Positions 51,509 to 60,093 of a DNA stretch of 64,000 nt are shown piece by piece (the stretch's first letter is position 1; each line of letters starts with the position of its first letter). Source of the stretch: Longimicrobiales bacterium (GTDB taxonomy: Bacteria; Gemmatimonadota; Gemmatimonadetes; Longimicrobiales; Gaopeijiaceae). The notes beneath the pieces were generated by a model. That model did no database searches and had not been told where the DNA came from. It saw only the letters and a program-made list of their open reading frames with translations. Both the position numbers and the translations under genes were made by a program. The stretch spans positions 1,536,001-1,600,000 of the forward strand of contig CBDCNQ010000005.1 in NCBI GenBank assembly GCA_965219445.1. Direction: 5' to 3'.

Positions 51509-51709
51509 TTGTCCCTCATCAGCTTTCATCGGATCCTCATCGCTACCGCCATCTTGTTTTGCGCAGGATACGGCGTGTACGAACTCTCCGCATTCACCAA
51601 GGGCGGGGGAAACGGATCCCTGGTGATTTCGGGACTCTTCTTCGTCTTCACGGCTGCCCTGACCTACTATCTCCGGCACCTGAAGCACTTCCTCGGCATC
51701 GAGAAGTAG
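51509..51709 (+). CDS. Small two-TM membrane protein
   Basis: TTG start with GGAGA upstream; FHRILIATAILFC..G..; two hydrophobic helices. Confidence 0.65.
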   Translation: MSLISFHRILIATAILFCAGYGVYELSAFTKGGGNGSLVISGLFFVFTAALTYYLRHLKHFLGIEK

Positions 51710-51712
51710 GGC

Positions 51713-52675
51713 TCAGGCCGTCTTGTCCATCGGATGGGCCGCGAGCGCCTGCCGCAGTTTCGGGTGCTTGACCCACAGATAGTATCCCATTGACAAGGTG
51801 GCTAGAACGTTGCCCACCAGAATCGCCCACCAGGCCAAGGCACTGAGCAGAAACTCGGCCGACAGCGCCATCAGTCCCATGAAGAACGCTTCGAAGGCCG
51901 CGAAGAGCATCACGGCACCGATGATGAGCGGAGGCGTGTCCTCGGCATACCCGGCGATGGCTGCCGCGATGAAGCCCGTGGCGAAGAAGGCGCCGATGTG
52001 GATGATGCTGTAGCCGGCCACCGTGGCCAACGAGACGTTTACAGTGGTCGGATCCGAGGAGCCGAGAAAGAGCGCCGAGCCGAGCGCGCCGGGCGTGAAG
52101 AAGGGCTGTCCTCGTCCCATGTCGATGATCAGGAACCACAGCGCGACGGTGCCCGCCCCGACGAGCCCCGCCATGGAGCCTTCCTTGAATACCCTATTCT
52201 GGCCGACGATGGCCCACCACGATACGGGTTGCGTCGCGCCGGCGAAGTGGAGAAAGCGCATGAGAGACACACCGGCGATGAGGTTGCCCACCAGAACGGC
52301 AGGCCACCCGAACTCACCAATGACGTCGACCCCCGTGACCGTGACGCTCGTGTAGAAGACCAGATCGAAGAGCCCGAAGCCGAGGACCAGCCCCAGGAAT
52401 AAGCTCGGTGTCGGTGGGATCTTGGGGAGGACCCACGATACGCCGACACCCAAGACGATGAAGGCGACGTAGTGAATGAGGGTGTAGAGAAGCACAGGAC
52501 CGGCGGTCGGTTCGAGGGCATCTCGGCCCAAGAGAGCGCCTCCCAGGAACCCCGGCGTACGGAAAGGCTCACCCTGGGAGCCGTCGATCACCAAGAACCA
52601 GAAGGCGAGAGCAGTGGCGCCGATCACTCCGGCGACTACTCCACGGGGAACGAGGCCTCTAAACCGTATACTCAT
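51713..52675 (-). CDS. Membrane protein made of two internal repeats
   Basis: G..AG..GA...A.WFL.ID...G.PF.TPG.LG.AL and Y..IH...F each occur twice. Confidence 0.8.
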   Translation of the reverse strand: MSIRFRGLVPRGVVAGVIGATALAFWFLVIDGSQGEPFRTPGFLGGALLGRDALEPTAGPVLLYTLIHYVAFIVLGVGVSWVLPKIPPTPSLFLGLVLGFGLFDLVFYTSVTVTGVDVIGEFGWPAVLVGNLIAGVSLMRFLHFAGATQPVSWWAIVGQNRVFKEGSMAGLVGAGTVALWFLIIDMGRGQPFFTPGALGSALFLGSSDPTTVNVSLATVAGYSIIHIGAFFATGFIAAAIAGYAEDTPPLIIGAVMLFAAFEAFFMGLMALSAEFLLSALAWWAILVGNVLATLSMGYYLWVKHPKLRQALAAHPMDKTA

Positions 52676-52711
52676 GGTTCACCCCCTTGCCTGGTCGTTT
52701 TGGTCGGCTAG

Positions 52712-52834
52712 CTAGCGCTCCTCGCGATATTTCTTAAATAGGAAGATCACTGCCGCGATGCCCACCGCCACGGGTATGGCGGCCATGAGGAGGCCGCCAA
52801 CGAGCAACCCGAGCCTCAGACCTTCATTGTCCAC
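52712..52834 (-). CDS. 40-aa single-TM small protein (not in ORF track)
   Basis: Manual translation MDNEGLRLGLLVGGLLMAAIPVAVGIAAVIFLFKKYREER*: hydrophobic helix with a basic tail. Confidence 0.55.
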   Translation of the reverse strand: MDNEGLRLGLLVGGLLMAAIPVAVGIAAVIFLFKKYREER

Positions 52835-52913
52835 GGCTGTGATCTCAAAGGAAAATGAACGGGATGGCGGCCCTCGGCCGCCGTGACAGCACTAGCCAGG
52901 ATAACGAGCAGAA

Positions 52914-52946
52914 GCCCGGACGGAAACCAATGGTTCCCGTCCGGGC
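52914..52946 (-). terminator. Putative intrinsic terminator after the oxidase operon
   Basis: Minus-strand hairpin GCCCGGACGGGAACC-att-GGTTTCCGTCCGGGC followed by TTCT. Confidence 0.6.
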
Positions 52947-52970
52947 CTCCACGACCCTTTAGTGGGGTCT

Positions 52971-53240
52971 CTAGAACTCGGTAATGACAGCCAATACGAG
53001 GATGACTGCCAGGGGAAGCGGTGACACCGCCAGAACCCACAACCGTCTCGGCTCGTATCGCAGATGCATGTAATACATCGCCACCAAGAGCGCCTTCCAA
53101 AGCGCCATGAGAATGAGTCCCACCGCCAATACCACCTTCGGTAGATCCAGGAAGGCGTATCCTAGCTCACCCAGAGTGAGCACGAGAAGTATGAACCAAA
53201 TCAGGATATAGCGCGGGTGCGCGTGTTCTTGCTCTTCCAT
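52971..53240 (-). CDS. ctaF: Cytochrome c oxidase subunit IV
   Basis: Y..IW..LLVLT..E and KALLVAMYYMHLRYE. Confidence 0.88.
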   Translation of the reverse strand: MEEQEHAHPRYILIWFILLVLTLGELGYAFLDLPKVVLAVGLILMALWKALLVAMYYMHLRYEPRRLWVLAVSPLPLAVILVLAVITEF

Positions 53241-53258
53241 GATTGCTCCCCGCCGTCA

Positions 53259-53561
53259 GAAGGCTGTTGAAGGAGTACAGTGGGCCGCGTTGCGGATGCC
53301 ACGGTCCCAGACCCTAGGCGGAGCGACGACGCCATAGCCGTAGCTATGGCTAGGAGCTCCAACAACGGAGATGGGGCCGTGCCACCGCAACCCTTCGACT
53401 TGTAAGGTCATGTCATTCCTGTTTGTGGGCACAGGGCGGTTGTGCGGTTGATCCGGCGTCTCTCCTCCTCGGAGTAGCTCTGCTACGCCTCGTCGTCGTT
53501 CCTTGCCTGAACGCGCACAAGCGCCCTGTGCGCGACCCGCTGTACTCCTTCAACAGCCTTC
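53259..53561. mobile_element. 303-bp MITE-like non-coding element
   Basis: Perfect terminal IR AGAAGGCTGTTGAAGGAGTACAG (53258-53280 / 53540-53562); TCA direct repeats at 53256-58 and 53562-64; no transposase. Confidence 0.85.
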
Positions 53562-54185
53562 TCATATGAGGTAGACGATGGTGAACAGGATAATCCAAAC
53601 GAGATCGACGAAATGCCAGTAGAGGCCGATCACCTCCACACCCTCGCAGTCCTGAACCGTGTAAGCGCCACGGAGCGCCATGACGTAGACGAAAATCAAG
53701 CAGAGGACCCCGATCGTCACATGGGCCCCGTGGAACCCGGTCATAGCGTAGAAGGTGGCTCCGTAAAGCGGGCCGCCCTCGGCCCCGTACGCATCTAGCA
53801 TCGGGACGAAGGCCTCATGCGTCAGCGCGATGTACTCGACGGCTTGGATGCCCACGAAGCTCGCTCCGATCAGAATCGTGGCGAGGAGCCACTTCTTGAG
53901 GCCGTTCTGGTCGCCGTCCTGGATGGCCGCAAAGGCCTTGACCATTGTGACCGACGAACAGATCAGGATGAACGTGTTCACGGCGGTCAAAGGCACGTTC
54001 AGGACGACTCCCGGCTCGGTCCAGTGGTCCGGGTGGGCAAACCGGAGGATGATGTAGGAACCGATCAACGACGTGAAGAACATCACCTCGCTGAGCAGGA
54101 ACACCCACATACCCAACTTCTTGTTGTAGACCTTCATCCCTGGCATGGGCTTGCGGTCCATGGTCGCAACGGCTGCGTTGCTCAT
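53562..54185 (-). CDS. ctaE: Cytochrome c oxidase subunit III
   Basis: GMWVFLLSEVMFF, TGFHGAHV, GLYWHFVDLVW. Confidence 0.93.
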   Translation of the reverse strand: MSNAAVATMDRKPMPGMKVYNKKLGMWVFLLSEVMFFTSLIGSYIILRFAHPDHWTEPGVVLNVPLTAVNTFILICSSVTMVKAFAAIQDGDQNGLKKWLLATILIGASFVGIQAVEYIALTHEAFVPMLDAYGAEGGPLYGATFYAMTGFHGAHVTIGVLCLIFVYVMALRGAYTVQDCEGVEVIGLYWHFVDLVWIILFTIVYLI

Positions 54186-54188
54186 GCG

Positions 54189-55988
54189 TCAGTCTCCAGG
54201 AACGGGTTCGGGGGTCGGGGATACGGCCGGCTTTCCGTCCGTCCCGCTGGTCGCGGGCGGAGCGTCCTGAGGCCAGAAGTCCTCTTCGACGTCCGGATGA
54301 CTGTACTCGTACGGGCCACGGTACACGATGGGCATCTCCGGGAAGTTGCCGTGGGGTGGGGGAGACGGAGTGGTCCACAACAGCGTGTTGGACTTCCAGG
54401 GGTTGTTGCCGGCTTCCTTACCGTAGCGCAGGCTCCACAGGAAGTTGAACGCGAAGATCACCTGCGTGACCGCGAAGAGGAATACGCTGATCGAGATGAA
54501 CGTATTCATAGGCTGTAGCCCCTGCAGGAACTCGTATTGGTTGGGATCGTAGATGCGGCGCATCATCCCTTGCACACCCAGATTGTGCATCGGGAAGAAC
54601 GCCATGTTATAGAAGACGAACGAGAGCCCGAAATGCCACTTGCCGAGTCCCTCGTGCATCATCCGGCCGAACATCTTCGGATACCAGAAGATAATCCCCG
54701 CGAAAATTCCGAAGAGGCTTCCACCCACCAGAACGTAGTGGAGGTGCGCCACGATGAAGTAGGTGTCGTGGATGTAGATGTCGACTGGAGCCGCGGCCAT
54801 GAAAACCCCCGACAGCCCTCCGATGATGAAGAGCGACACGAATGCGACCGCGTGCAGGAGGGGCGCGTCGAAGTGGATGTCCCCACGCCAGAGCGTTCCC
54901 ATCCAGTTGAATACCTTGATCGCCGAGGGAACAGCGATCACGACCGTCGTCACCACGAAGGTCATACCGAGGAGCGGGTTCATGCCGCTCTGGAACATGT
55001 GGTGGCCCCAGACGACCCATGACAAGAACGCGATGGACACCAACGCGATCACCATGGAGTGGTAGCCGAAGATCGGCTTCCGGGACCGGCACGCGATCAC
55101 TTCGGACGTGAAGCCCATGGCGGGCAGGATCAGGATGTACACTTCGGGGTGGCCGAAGAACCAGAATATGTGCTGCCAGAGGAGAGGTTCGCCGCTACCC
55201 TCGGGGCGGAAGAAGGCCGTTCCGATCGTCTGATCGAAGAGCAGCAGAATCAGCCCGCCCGTGAGAATCGGGATGGCCAAAAGAAGAAGCCACGCGGTGA
55301 TGAAGAGCGACCACGTGCCAAGCGGGATCCGAAACCATGTCATCCCCGGCGCCCGCATGTTGATCACGGTCGAGACGTAGTTCAAAGAGCCCAGGATCGA
55401 GGAGAAGCCCAGAACGATCAGAGAGACCAGCCAGAGGATCTGCCCCATGTAGACGCCCGTCCACTCACCCGAGCTGCTCAACGGCGCATAGGAGGTCCAA
55501 CCGGCTCCCGCGGCGCCTCCCTCGACGAAGAAGCTTGCCAGCATGATCACTCCCGCGACGGGCATGATCCAGAAGGACGCCATGTTGATCCGGGGGAACG
55601 CCATGTCCTCCGCGCCGATCTGGAGCGGGATCAGGAGATTGCCGAAAACCCCCGCCATGAGCGGCATGAGCGCGAAGAACACCATGAAGGTGGCGTGCAT
55701 CGTGACCAGGGAATTGTAGAACTCGGGTAGGATGATGCCGCCCGGTGCCATGGTGTCCGGAAAGATACCCCTTATGAAAGAGGGCAGGGGTCGTCCCGGG
55801 AAACCGAGCTGCCAGCGAACCATGACCGCGAGCAGTCCTCCCAGCAGCAGGAAGAACAATCCGCTGAAGAGGAACTGTCTCGCGATCATCTTGTGATCGG
55901 TAGAGAAGATGTAGGTTCGGATGAAGCCGAGATCGTGGTGCTCCTCGGCGTGTCCGGTATGCGGCTCCGTCGCAGTGATCGTGCTCAT
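54189..55988 (-). CDS. ctaD: Cytochrome c oxidase subunit I, A1 type
   Basis: TDHK, TMHA, DMAFPR, WFFGHPEVY, WGHH, AIKVF, HDTYF..AHLHY, MMRR. Confidence 0.96.
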   Translation of the reverse strand: MSTITATEPHTGHAEEHHDLGFIRTYIFSTDHKMIARQFLFSGLFFLLLGGLLAVMVRWQLGFPGRPLPSFIRGIFPDTMAPGGIILPEFYNSLVTMHATFMVFFALMPLMAGVFGNLLIPLQIGAEDMAFPRINMASFWIMPVAGVIMLASFFVEGGAAGAGWTSYAPLSSSGEWTGVYMGQILWLVSLIVLGFSSILGSLNYVSTVINMRAPGMTWFRIPLGTWSLFITAWLLLLAIPILTGGLILLLFDQTIGTAFFRPEGSGEPLLWQHIFWFFGHPEVYILILPAMGFTSEVIACRSRKPIFGYHSMVIALVSIAFLSWVVWGHHMFQSGMNPLLGMTFVVTTVVIAVPSAIKVFNWMGTLWRGDIHFDAPLLHAVAFVSLFIIGGLSGVFMAAAPVDIYIHDTYFIVAHLHYVLVGGSLFGIFAGIIFWYPKMFGRMMHEGLGKWHFGLSFVFYNMAFFPMHNLGVQGMMRRIYDPNQYEFLQGLQPMNTFISISVFLFAVTQVIFAFNFLWSLRYGKEAGNNPWKSNTLLWTTPSPPPHGNFPEMPIVYRGPYEYSHPDVEEDFWPQDAPPATSGTDGKPAVSPTPEPVPGD

Positions 55989-56671
55989 CAGTCAGCCTCC
56001 GCTGCGGCTTGCTGCTCCGCGAGCCAATCTTGGAAATCAGCCTGTGAGTGGACGGTGACCGTCCCTCCCATTCGATAGTGCCCGAGCCCGCAGAGCTCGG
56101 CACAGGCCAGGGTAAACTCACCGGTCCGTGTCGCTTCGAACCAGACCGGGATCACCATGCCCGGCACCGCGTCCTGCTTCACCCGGAATTCGGGAAGGAA
56201 GAAGGAGTGGATCACGTCCTCGGCCATCAGTTCGACCCGAACGGGTCGATCGACCGGAATGTGTAGGGCATTTAGGGAGACGAAATCGTCCGACGTGTTG
56301 AACTGTCCGTCGGCGCCCGCATAGGTGGCGCTCCACTCGAACTGAGCGCCCGTGATGTGGATCGGATATGCGTTGGCCGGGATGCGATCGGGATCACGGA
56401 TCTCGTCCCAGATGCCCTTCGAGTAGAATGCCAAAGCCATGACGATGACAAACGGAACCGCGGTCCAGATGATCTCGGCCTTGGTGCTGCCGTGGATGTA
56501 CTCCGCTTTCCGTCCTTCCTTGTGGCGGTACTTCACCATGAAGTACAGCAAGGGAATCTCCGTGGCAAAGAAGATGATCCCCGTGACCCAGAGGATCACG
56601 ACCCACAGGCTGTCTAGAGCCGGCCCGAACGTCGACACGACGTTGTCCGGCATGAGCCAGGAAAAATTCAT
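55988..56671 (-). CDS. ctaC: Cytochrome c oxidase subunit II (CuA, no fused heme c)
   Basis: EIIWT, DVIHSF, KQDAVPG, CAELCGLGHYRM. Confidence 0.94.
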   Translation of the reverse strand: MNFSWLMPDNVVSTFGPALDSLWVVILWVTGIIFFATEIPLLYFMVKYRHKEGRKAEYIHGSTKAEIIWTAVPFVIVMALAFYSKGIWDEIRDPDRIPANAYPIHITGAQFEWSATYAGADGQFNTSDDFVSLNALHIPVDRPVRVELMAEDVIHSFFLPEFRVKQDAVPGMVIPVWFEATRTGEFTLACAELCGLGHYRMGGTVTVHSQADFQDWLAEQQAAAEAD

Positions 56672-56720
56672 CCCACTCGTCTCCCGAGCTTGAATGTGAG
56701 GCCTACGGTTACGATGGAGA

Positions 56721-56761
56721 GGCGCCTACCGGTCCGTTCAAGGACCGAACCGGCAGACGCC
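56721..56761 (-). other. Intergenic stem-loop without a U-tract
   Basis: Minus-strand GGCGTCTGCCGGTTCG...CGGACCGGTAGGCGCC pairs using G-U pairs. Confidence 0.45.
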
Positions 56762-56769
56762 CTAATCAT

Positions 56770-57621
56770 TTAGGATGCTTCCGCGATTGCGTGAAGGTCG
56801 ATCGGAGCGCCGAGAGGCACCACGGCGTTCTGAGCCATGGGGGCACTGAACGTAAACGTGACCTCGGTGGTCTCGCCCGTGGTCACTGTCACCGTCTGGG
56901 TCTGAGTACCGTAGCGCTCATGCCACGCTTCGATCACGTACTCGCCCGGAGGCAGCGTGGACAGGTCGAAAGCACCACTGCCGTTTGAGACGGAGTGATA
57001 CGGATGATCCAGAACACCGACATAGGCGTTCATCCAACCGTGGACATCACAGCGCAGAGGCACCATGACCTCGGTCGTGCCGAAGTTGCGCGTGGTCTCC
57101 ATGTTGACCGGCTGACTGGTGTTGAAGCCACGCTGCTCATTCGGCGACGCGTTGATGTTGTGCAGAACGCCGTCGCTGTTCCGAATCGTGATGTCTTGAT
57201 CCACCATAACGCCAAGGACATGAGGGATGTAGACACACCCGTTCTGATCTAGCAGAGCTGGTCCGGGCGTCGGGAACTGGAGGCTCTCGAGCCCCTCCCT
57301 CACGTAGACGAAAACGTTGGCCAGAGTGCCGTTGCCGTTGACGACGACTTCCGGGACCATCGGTGTGGACGAGTGCTTGGCCGCACACACGGACTCGCTG
57401 GCCATGTTGATGGCATCCATGCTGGGCGCGCTGCCCTCGAAGACGATGGAGCCCGCGATGTTGCCGGCCGTGGCCGCGTCGACCGGGTTTTCCACGGCTG
57501 CTCCACCTCCGGCGCCACCACCTCCGGCACCTCCTCCTCCATCTCCGCCCCCGCAGCCGGCCATGAGCAGGAGCATGAGTGCGGGCGCGACGACTCCGCG
57601 CAATTCAGATCGATCCGACAT
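56770..57621 (-). CDS. Lipoprotein with cupredoxin-like and carboxypeptidase-regulatory-like domains
   Basis: Lipobox LMAG-C, Gly linker, LDQ.GC.Y.PHV, LHNI, CDVHGWM, PPGEY...AWHE. Confidence 0.8.
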   Translation of the reverse strand: MSDRSELRGVVAPALMLLLMAGCGGGDGGGGAGGGGAGGGAAVENPVDAATAGNIAGSIVFEGSAPSMDAINMASESVCAAKHSSTPMVPEVVVNGNGTLANVFVYVREGLESLQFPTPGPALLDQNGCVYIPHVLGVMVDQDITIRNSDGVLHNINASPNEQRGFNTSQPVNMETTRNFGTTEVMVPLRCDVHGWMNAYVGVLDHPYHSVSNGSGAFDLSTLPPGEYVIEAWHERYGTQTQTVTVTTGETTEVTFTFSAPMAQNAVVPLGAPIDLHAIAEAS

Positions 57622-57646
57622 TATGCCTCCAATAGGATAAAATGGT

Positions 57647-59278
57647 TCAGTAATTCGGTGTCTCGCTTTCTACTTTGCCGCCCTTCCGCTCCCTCTTCTG
57701 AGCGCGGCCTACTACCAAGAATCCCAACGCGGCCGTCAACATCATAGCCAAAGCGGGCGCTACATATACCGTGGCGGGAGTGGCGTCCTCTAGGAACAAA
57801 AAGTACCAGGAACTGACCGCACCCCTTGTGCCCGATTCCCCGTTGTCTCCATCCCAGGCGAACAAAGCCATCGGAATGGCCTCACCGATCACGAAGTCGA
57901 GGTCGCCTTCGTCCTCCGTGACGAGCGACCTCGTGAACATGACCTGCCACTGGCCGTCGGCATGCGAGACGTCTAGGGTAAGGTCTCGCCCCTCCGATTG
58001 GAAGGCCTCGGTTCCGAGGCCGCGGGCCTCGCCTTCGAGGGCATCTTCACGATCACTTTGCCACTGCCAGAGATAGACCGGACGGCGGTTGTCCCCACCC
58101 AGAAAAAACGGCCGCTCCATACCCTCTGGCATCTGCATCGGGAACTGGACCACGAGCTGATCGGGCGTCGGCCCCTCATCCGGTGGGTCGCCCTCCTTCG
58201 GTTGCATGAGCGAAATCACTTGGGACTTCCAGTCGGCCCATCGAGGGTCGGGGCTGTTGTTGGGATCGCTCCAAGAAACGCGAACGGCCACGGACCCGCC
58301 GTCATGTGCGGCCTGCACCCAAACGCCCACCACGCGCGGGTCGAACCACCGCGGCATCACAATGATTTGTCCGACGAGCGGGAGGTAGGCGCGCTCGACA
58401 CCTTCCCACGCCTCGTCGTCGACGGACGACGGAAGCGGAACGCCCTCGAAGAGGACGCCCCGAACCACCTCGGTGATTCCCGGCGGGTCCTCAGGGGCGA
58501 GACTGCGAACGTAATGCGAAATGGCCCAGAGCTGATCGTCGGTGATGACGCCCGCCTCGATGATGTCACCGAAGTTCGGCATGGGCGTACCGTCCAGGCC
58601 CGTCCGCAGTCGACGGTAGATGTCCTCGACGTCTCCGCCGCCGTTGAACAGCCAGTTTTTGGTCAGGTCAGCCGCACGAATAGGAAAGTCGCCGTCGTCG
58701 ACGAGCGTCGGAGAAGATTCTCCGTCGCCTCTGCCCCCGTCCCCGTGGCACTGCCAACACTCGATCGCTTGGTACTGTGCCTGGCCTTCGGCGAGGACCT
58801 CGTCGTTGACCCGGGTCGCGCTACCGAAGTCGAGCGGCTGTGGGACTTCATCGGGAGAGAAGAAGCGCGAGAACGTCTTGAGGTACTCGACCAGCGCCTC
58901 TTTCTCGTCGCCCGAAAGAAGTTCCTCCCATCCGGGCATCGTCGTGCCCGGCATCCCCCGGTCGATGATGTTGAGAATATCCTCATCCGTCGGGAGCGCG
59001 CCGCTGGCTGTGGTGCGAATCTGGTAAAGCGCCTGGGTAAAGTCTCGCGGCCGCGGAAGCATGTAGCCGGCGCCGTCGCCGTCGCCGGTCCCGTCCACCC
59101 CGTGACAGCCCGCACACCAACGGTCATAAGTAACCTGACCAAGATTATCGCCGTCCTGGGCACTCAGGCCACCCACTGTCAATGCCGATGCCGCAGCGAG
59201 TAAGACCGCCAGGGGCATCCACCTCGGGATAGAGCCGGCGCTCTGGTACATCGTTCCCTTCGTCGACGCGGCCGTCAT
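57647..59278 (-). CDS. Diheme cytochrome c fused to EB_dh (EbdC/DOMON-like) domain, C-terminal TM anchor
   Basis: CAGCH with TMP, CWQCH with TPMP; then W.D, PDQLVVQFP, LWQW, WQVMFTRSL and FAWDG..GE. Confidence 0.8.
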   Translation of the reverse strand: MTAASTKGTMYQSAGSIPRWMPLAVLLAAASALTVGGLSAQDGDNLGQVTYDRWCAGCHGVDGTGDGDGAGYMLPRPRDFTQALYQIRTTASGALPTDEDILNIIDRGMPGTTMPGWEELLSGDEKEALVEYLKTFSRFFSPDEVPQPLDFGSATRVNDEVLAEGQAQYQAIECWQCHGDGGRGDGESSPTLVDDGDFPIRAADLTKNWLFNGGGDVEDIYRRLRTGLDGTPMPNFGDIIEAGVITDDQLWAISHYVRSLAPEDPPGITEVVRGVLFEGVPLPSSVDDEAWEGVERAYLPLVGQIIVMPRWFDPRVVGVWVQAAHDGGSVAVRVSWSDPNNSPDPRWADWKSQVISLMQPKEGDPPDEGPTPDQLVVQFPMQMPEGMERPFFLGGDNRRPVYLWQWQSDREDALEGEARGLGTEAFQSEGRDLTLDVSHADGQWQVMFTRSLVTEDEGDLDFVIGEAIPMALFAWDGDNGESGTRGAVSSWYFLFLEDATPATVYVAPALAMMLTAALGFLVVGRAQKRERKGGKVESETPNY

Positions 59279-60075
59279 TCCGCCTCCCCTTCCCCGCCCT
59301 CTTCCTCGAACGTGCGTGGCTCGTGGCCGGCCTGCTCATACAAGAAGATGATCACGGACCAGATCTCATCTTCGGTGAGAAAGTCCTCCCATGCCGGCAT
59401 GGCCGAGTCCCACGAAGCCCCCTCGTTGGGGAGCCCGGGACCTCCCTTCGAGACCCGCCAAAAAACAAAGCTCTCGGTAAGCTGCGCGATGGTGCCGATG
59501 TCCTGGAAGTTCAAGGGGGCGGGATTGAATCCATGCGCGTAATGCCCCTGGCCGTCGAGCCCGTCACCGTGGCAAGCCAGGCAGTTCTCATAGTAGACGC
59601 GCTTCCCCTCTTCGTAGTGCTCCTCCATGGAGCCTTGCGAGCGCAAGGGGTTCTCCAGGGTGGCGAGCTCCATGAGGGTTCCCTGGAAGTCGATCTGGCC
59701 GGGAGGCGCGGGGTGAATCGAGCGAAGGCTCACGGGCGCGGCCACGGACGGCATTACCTGATTGAAGGTCGCGTACGCAACGAAGACAGGGACCAGCACC
59801 ATGAGCGAGTTTCGCGTCGTCTTCCGGCTCGGATCTACCATCACGCTATGGATCGGCGCCTTGAATTCCGTCCAGCGGGCCTCGTTGTCGCTGACCCAGA
59901 GGAGGACCCCAACGCCCACGGTGACGAGGAACTGGAGAAGCACGGAATTCGGGACCGGAGCACTCGGGATTCCGATCAAAGGCGGGATGTACGCGATCCC
60001 GAAATCCAGCAAGAGGTAAGAAACCACGAGGACCAGGACTGCCTGGCCCAAGGGATGCTTCAAGTGTTTGCCCAT
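59275..60075 (-). CDS. Membrane-anchored monoheme cytochrome c
   Basis: Three N-terminal hydrophobic segments, CLACHG, FWRVSKGGPGLP.E..SWDSAMPAW. Confidence 0.85.
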   Translation of the reverse strand: MGKHLKHPLGQAVLVLVVSYLLLDFGIAYIPPLIGIPSAPVPNSVLLQFLVTVGVGVLLWVSDNEARWTEFKAPIHSVMVDPSRKTTRNSLMVLVPVFVAYATFNQVMPSVAAPVSLRSIHPAPPGQIDFQGTLMELATLENPLRSQGSMEEHYEEGKRVYYENCLACHGDGLDGQGHYAHGFNPAPLNFQDIGTIAQLTESFVFWRVSKGGPGLPNEGASWDSAMPAWEDFLTEDEIWSVIIFLYEQAGHEPRTFEEEGGEGEAE

Positions 60076-60093
60076 CGCTATTCTCGCCTCCCC

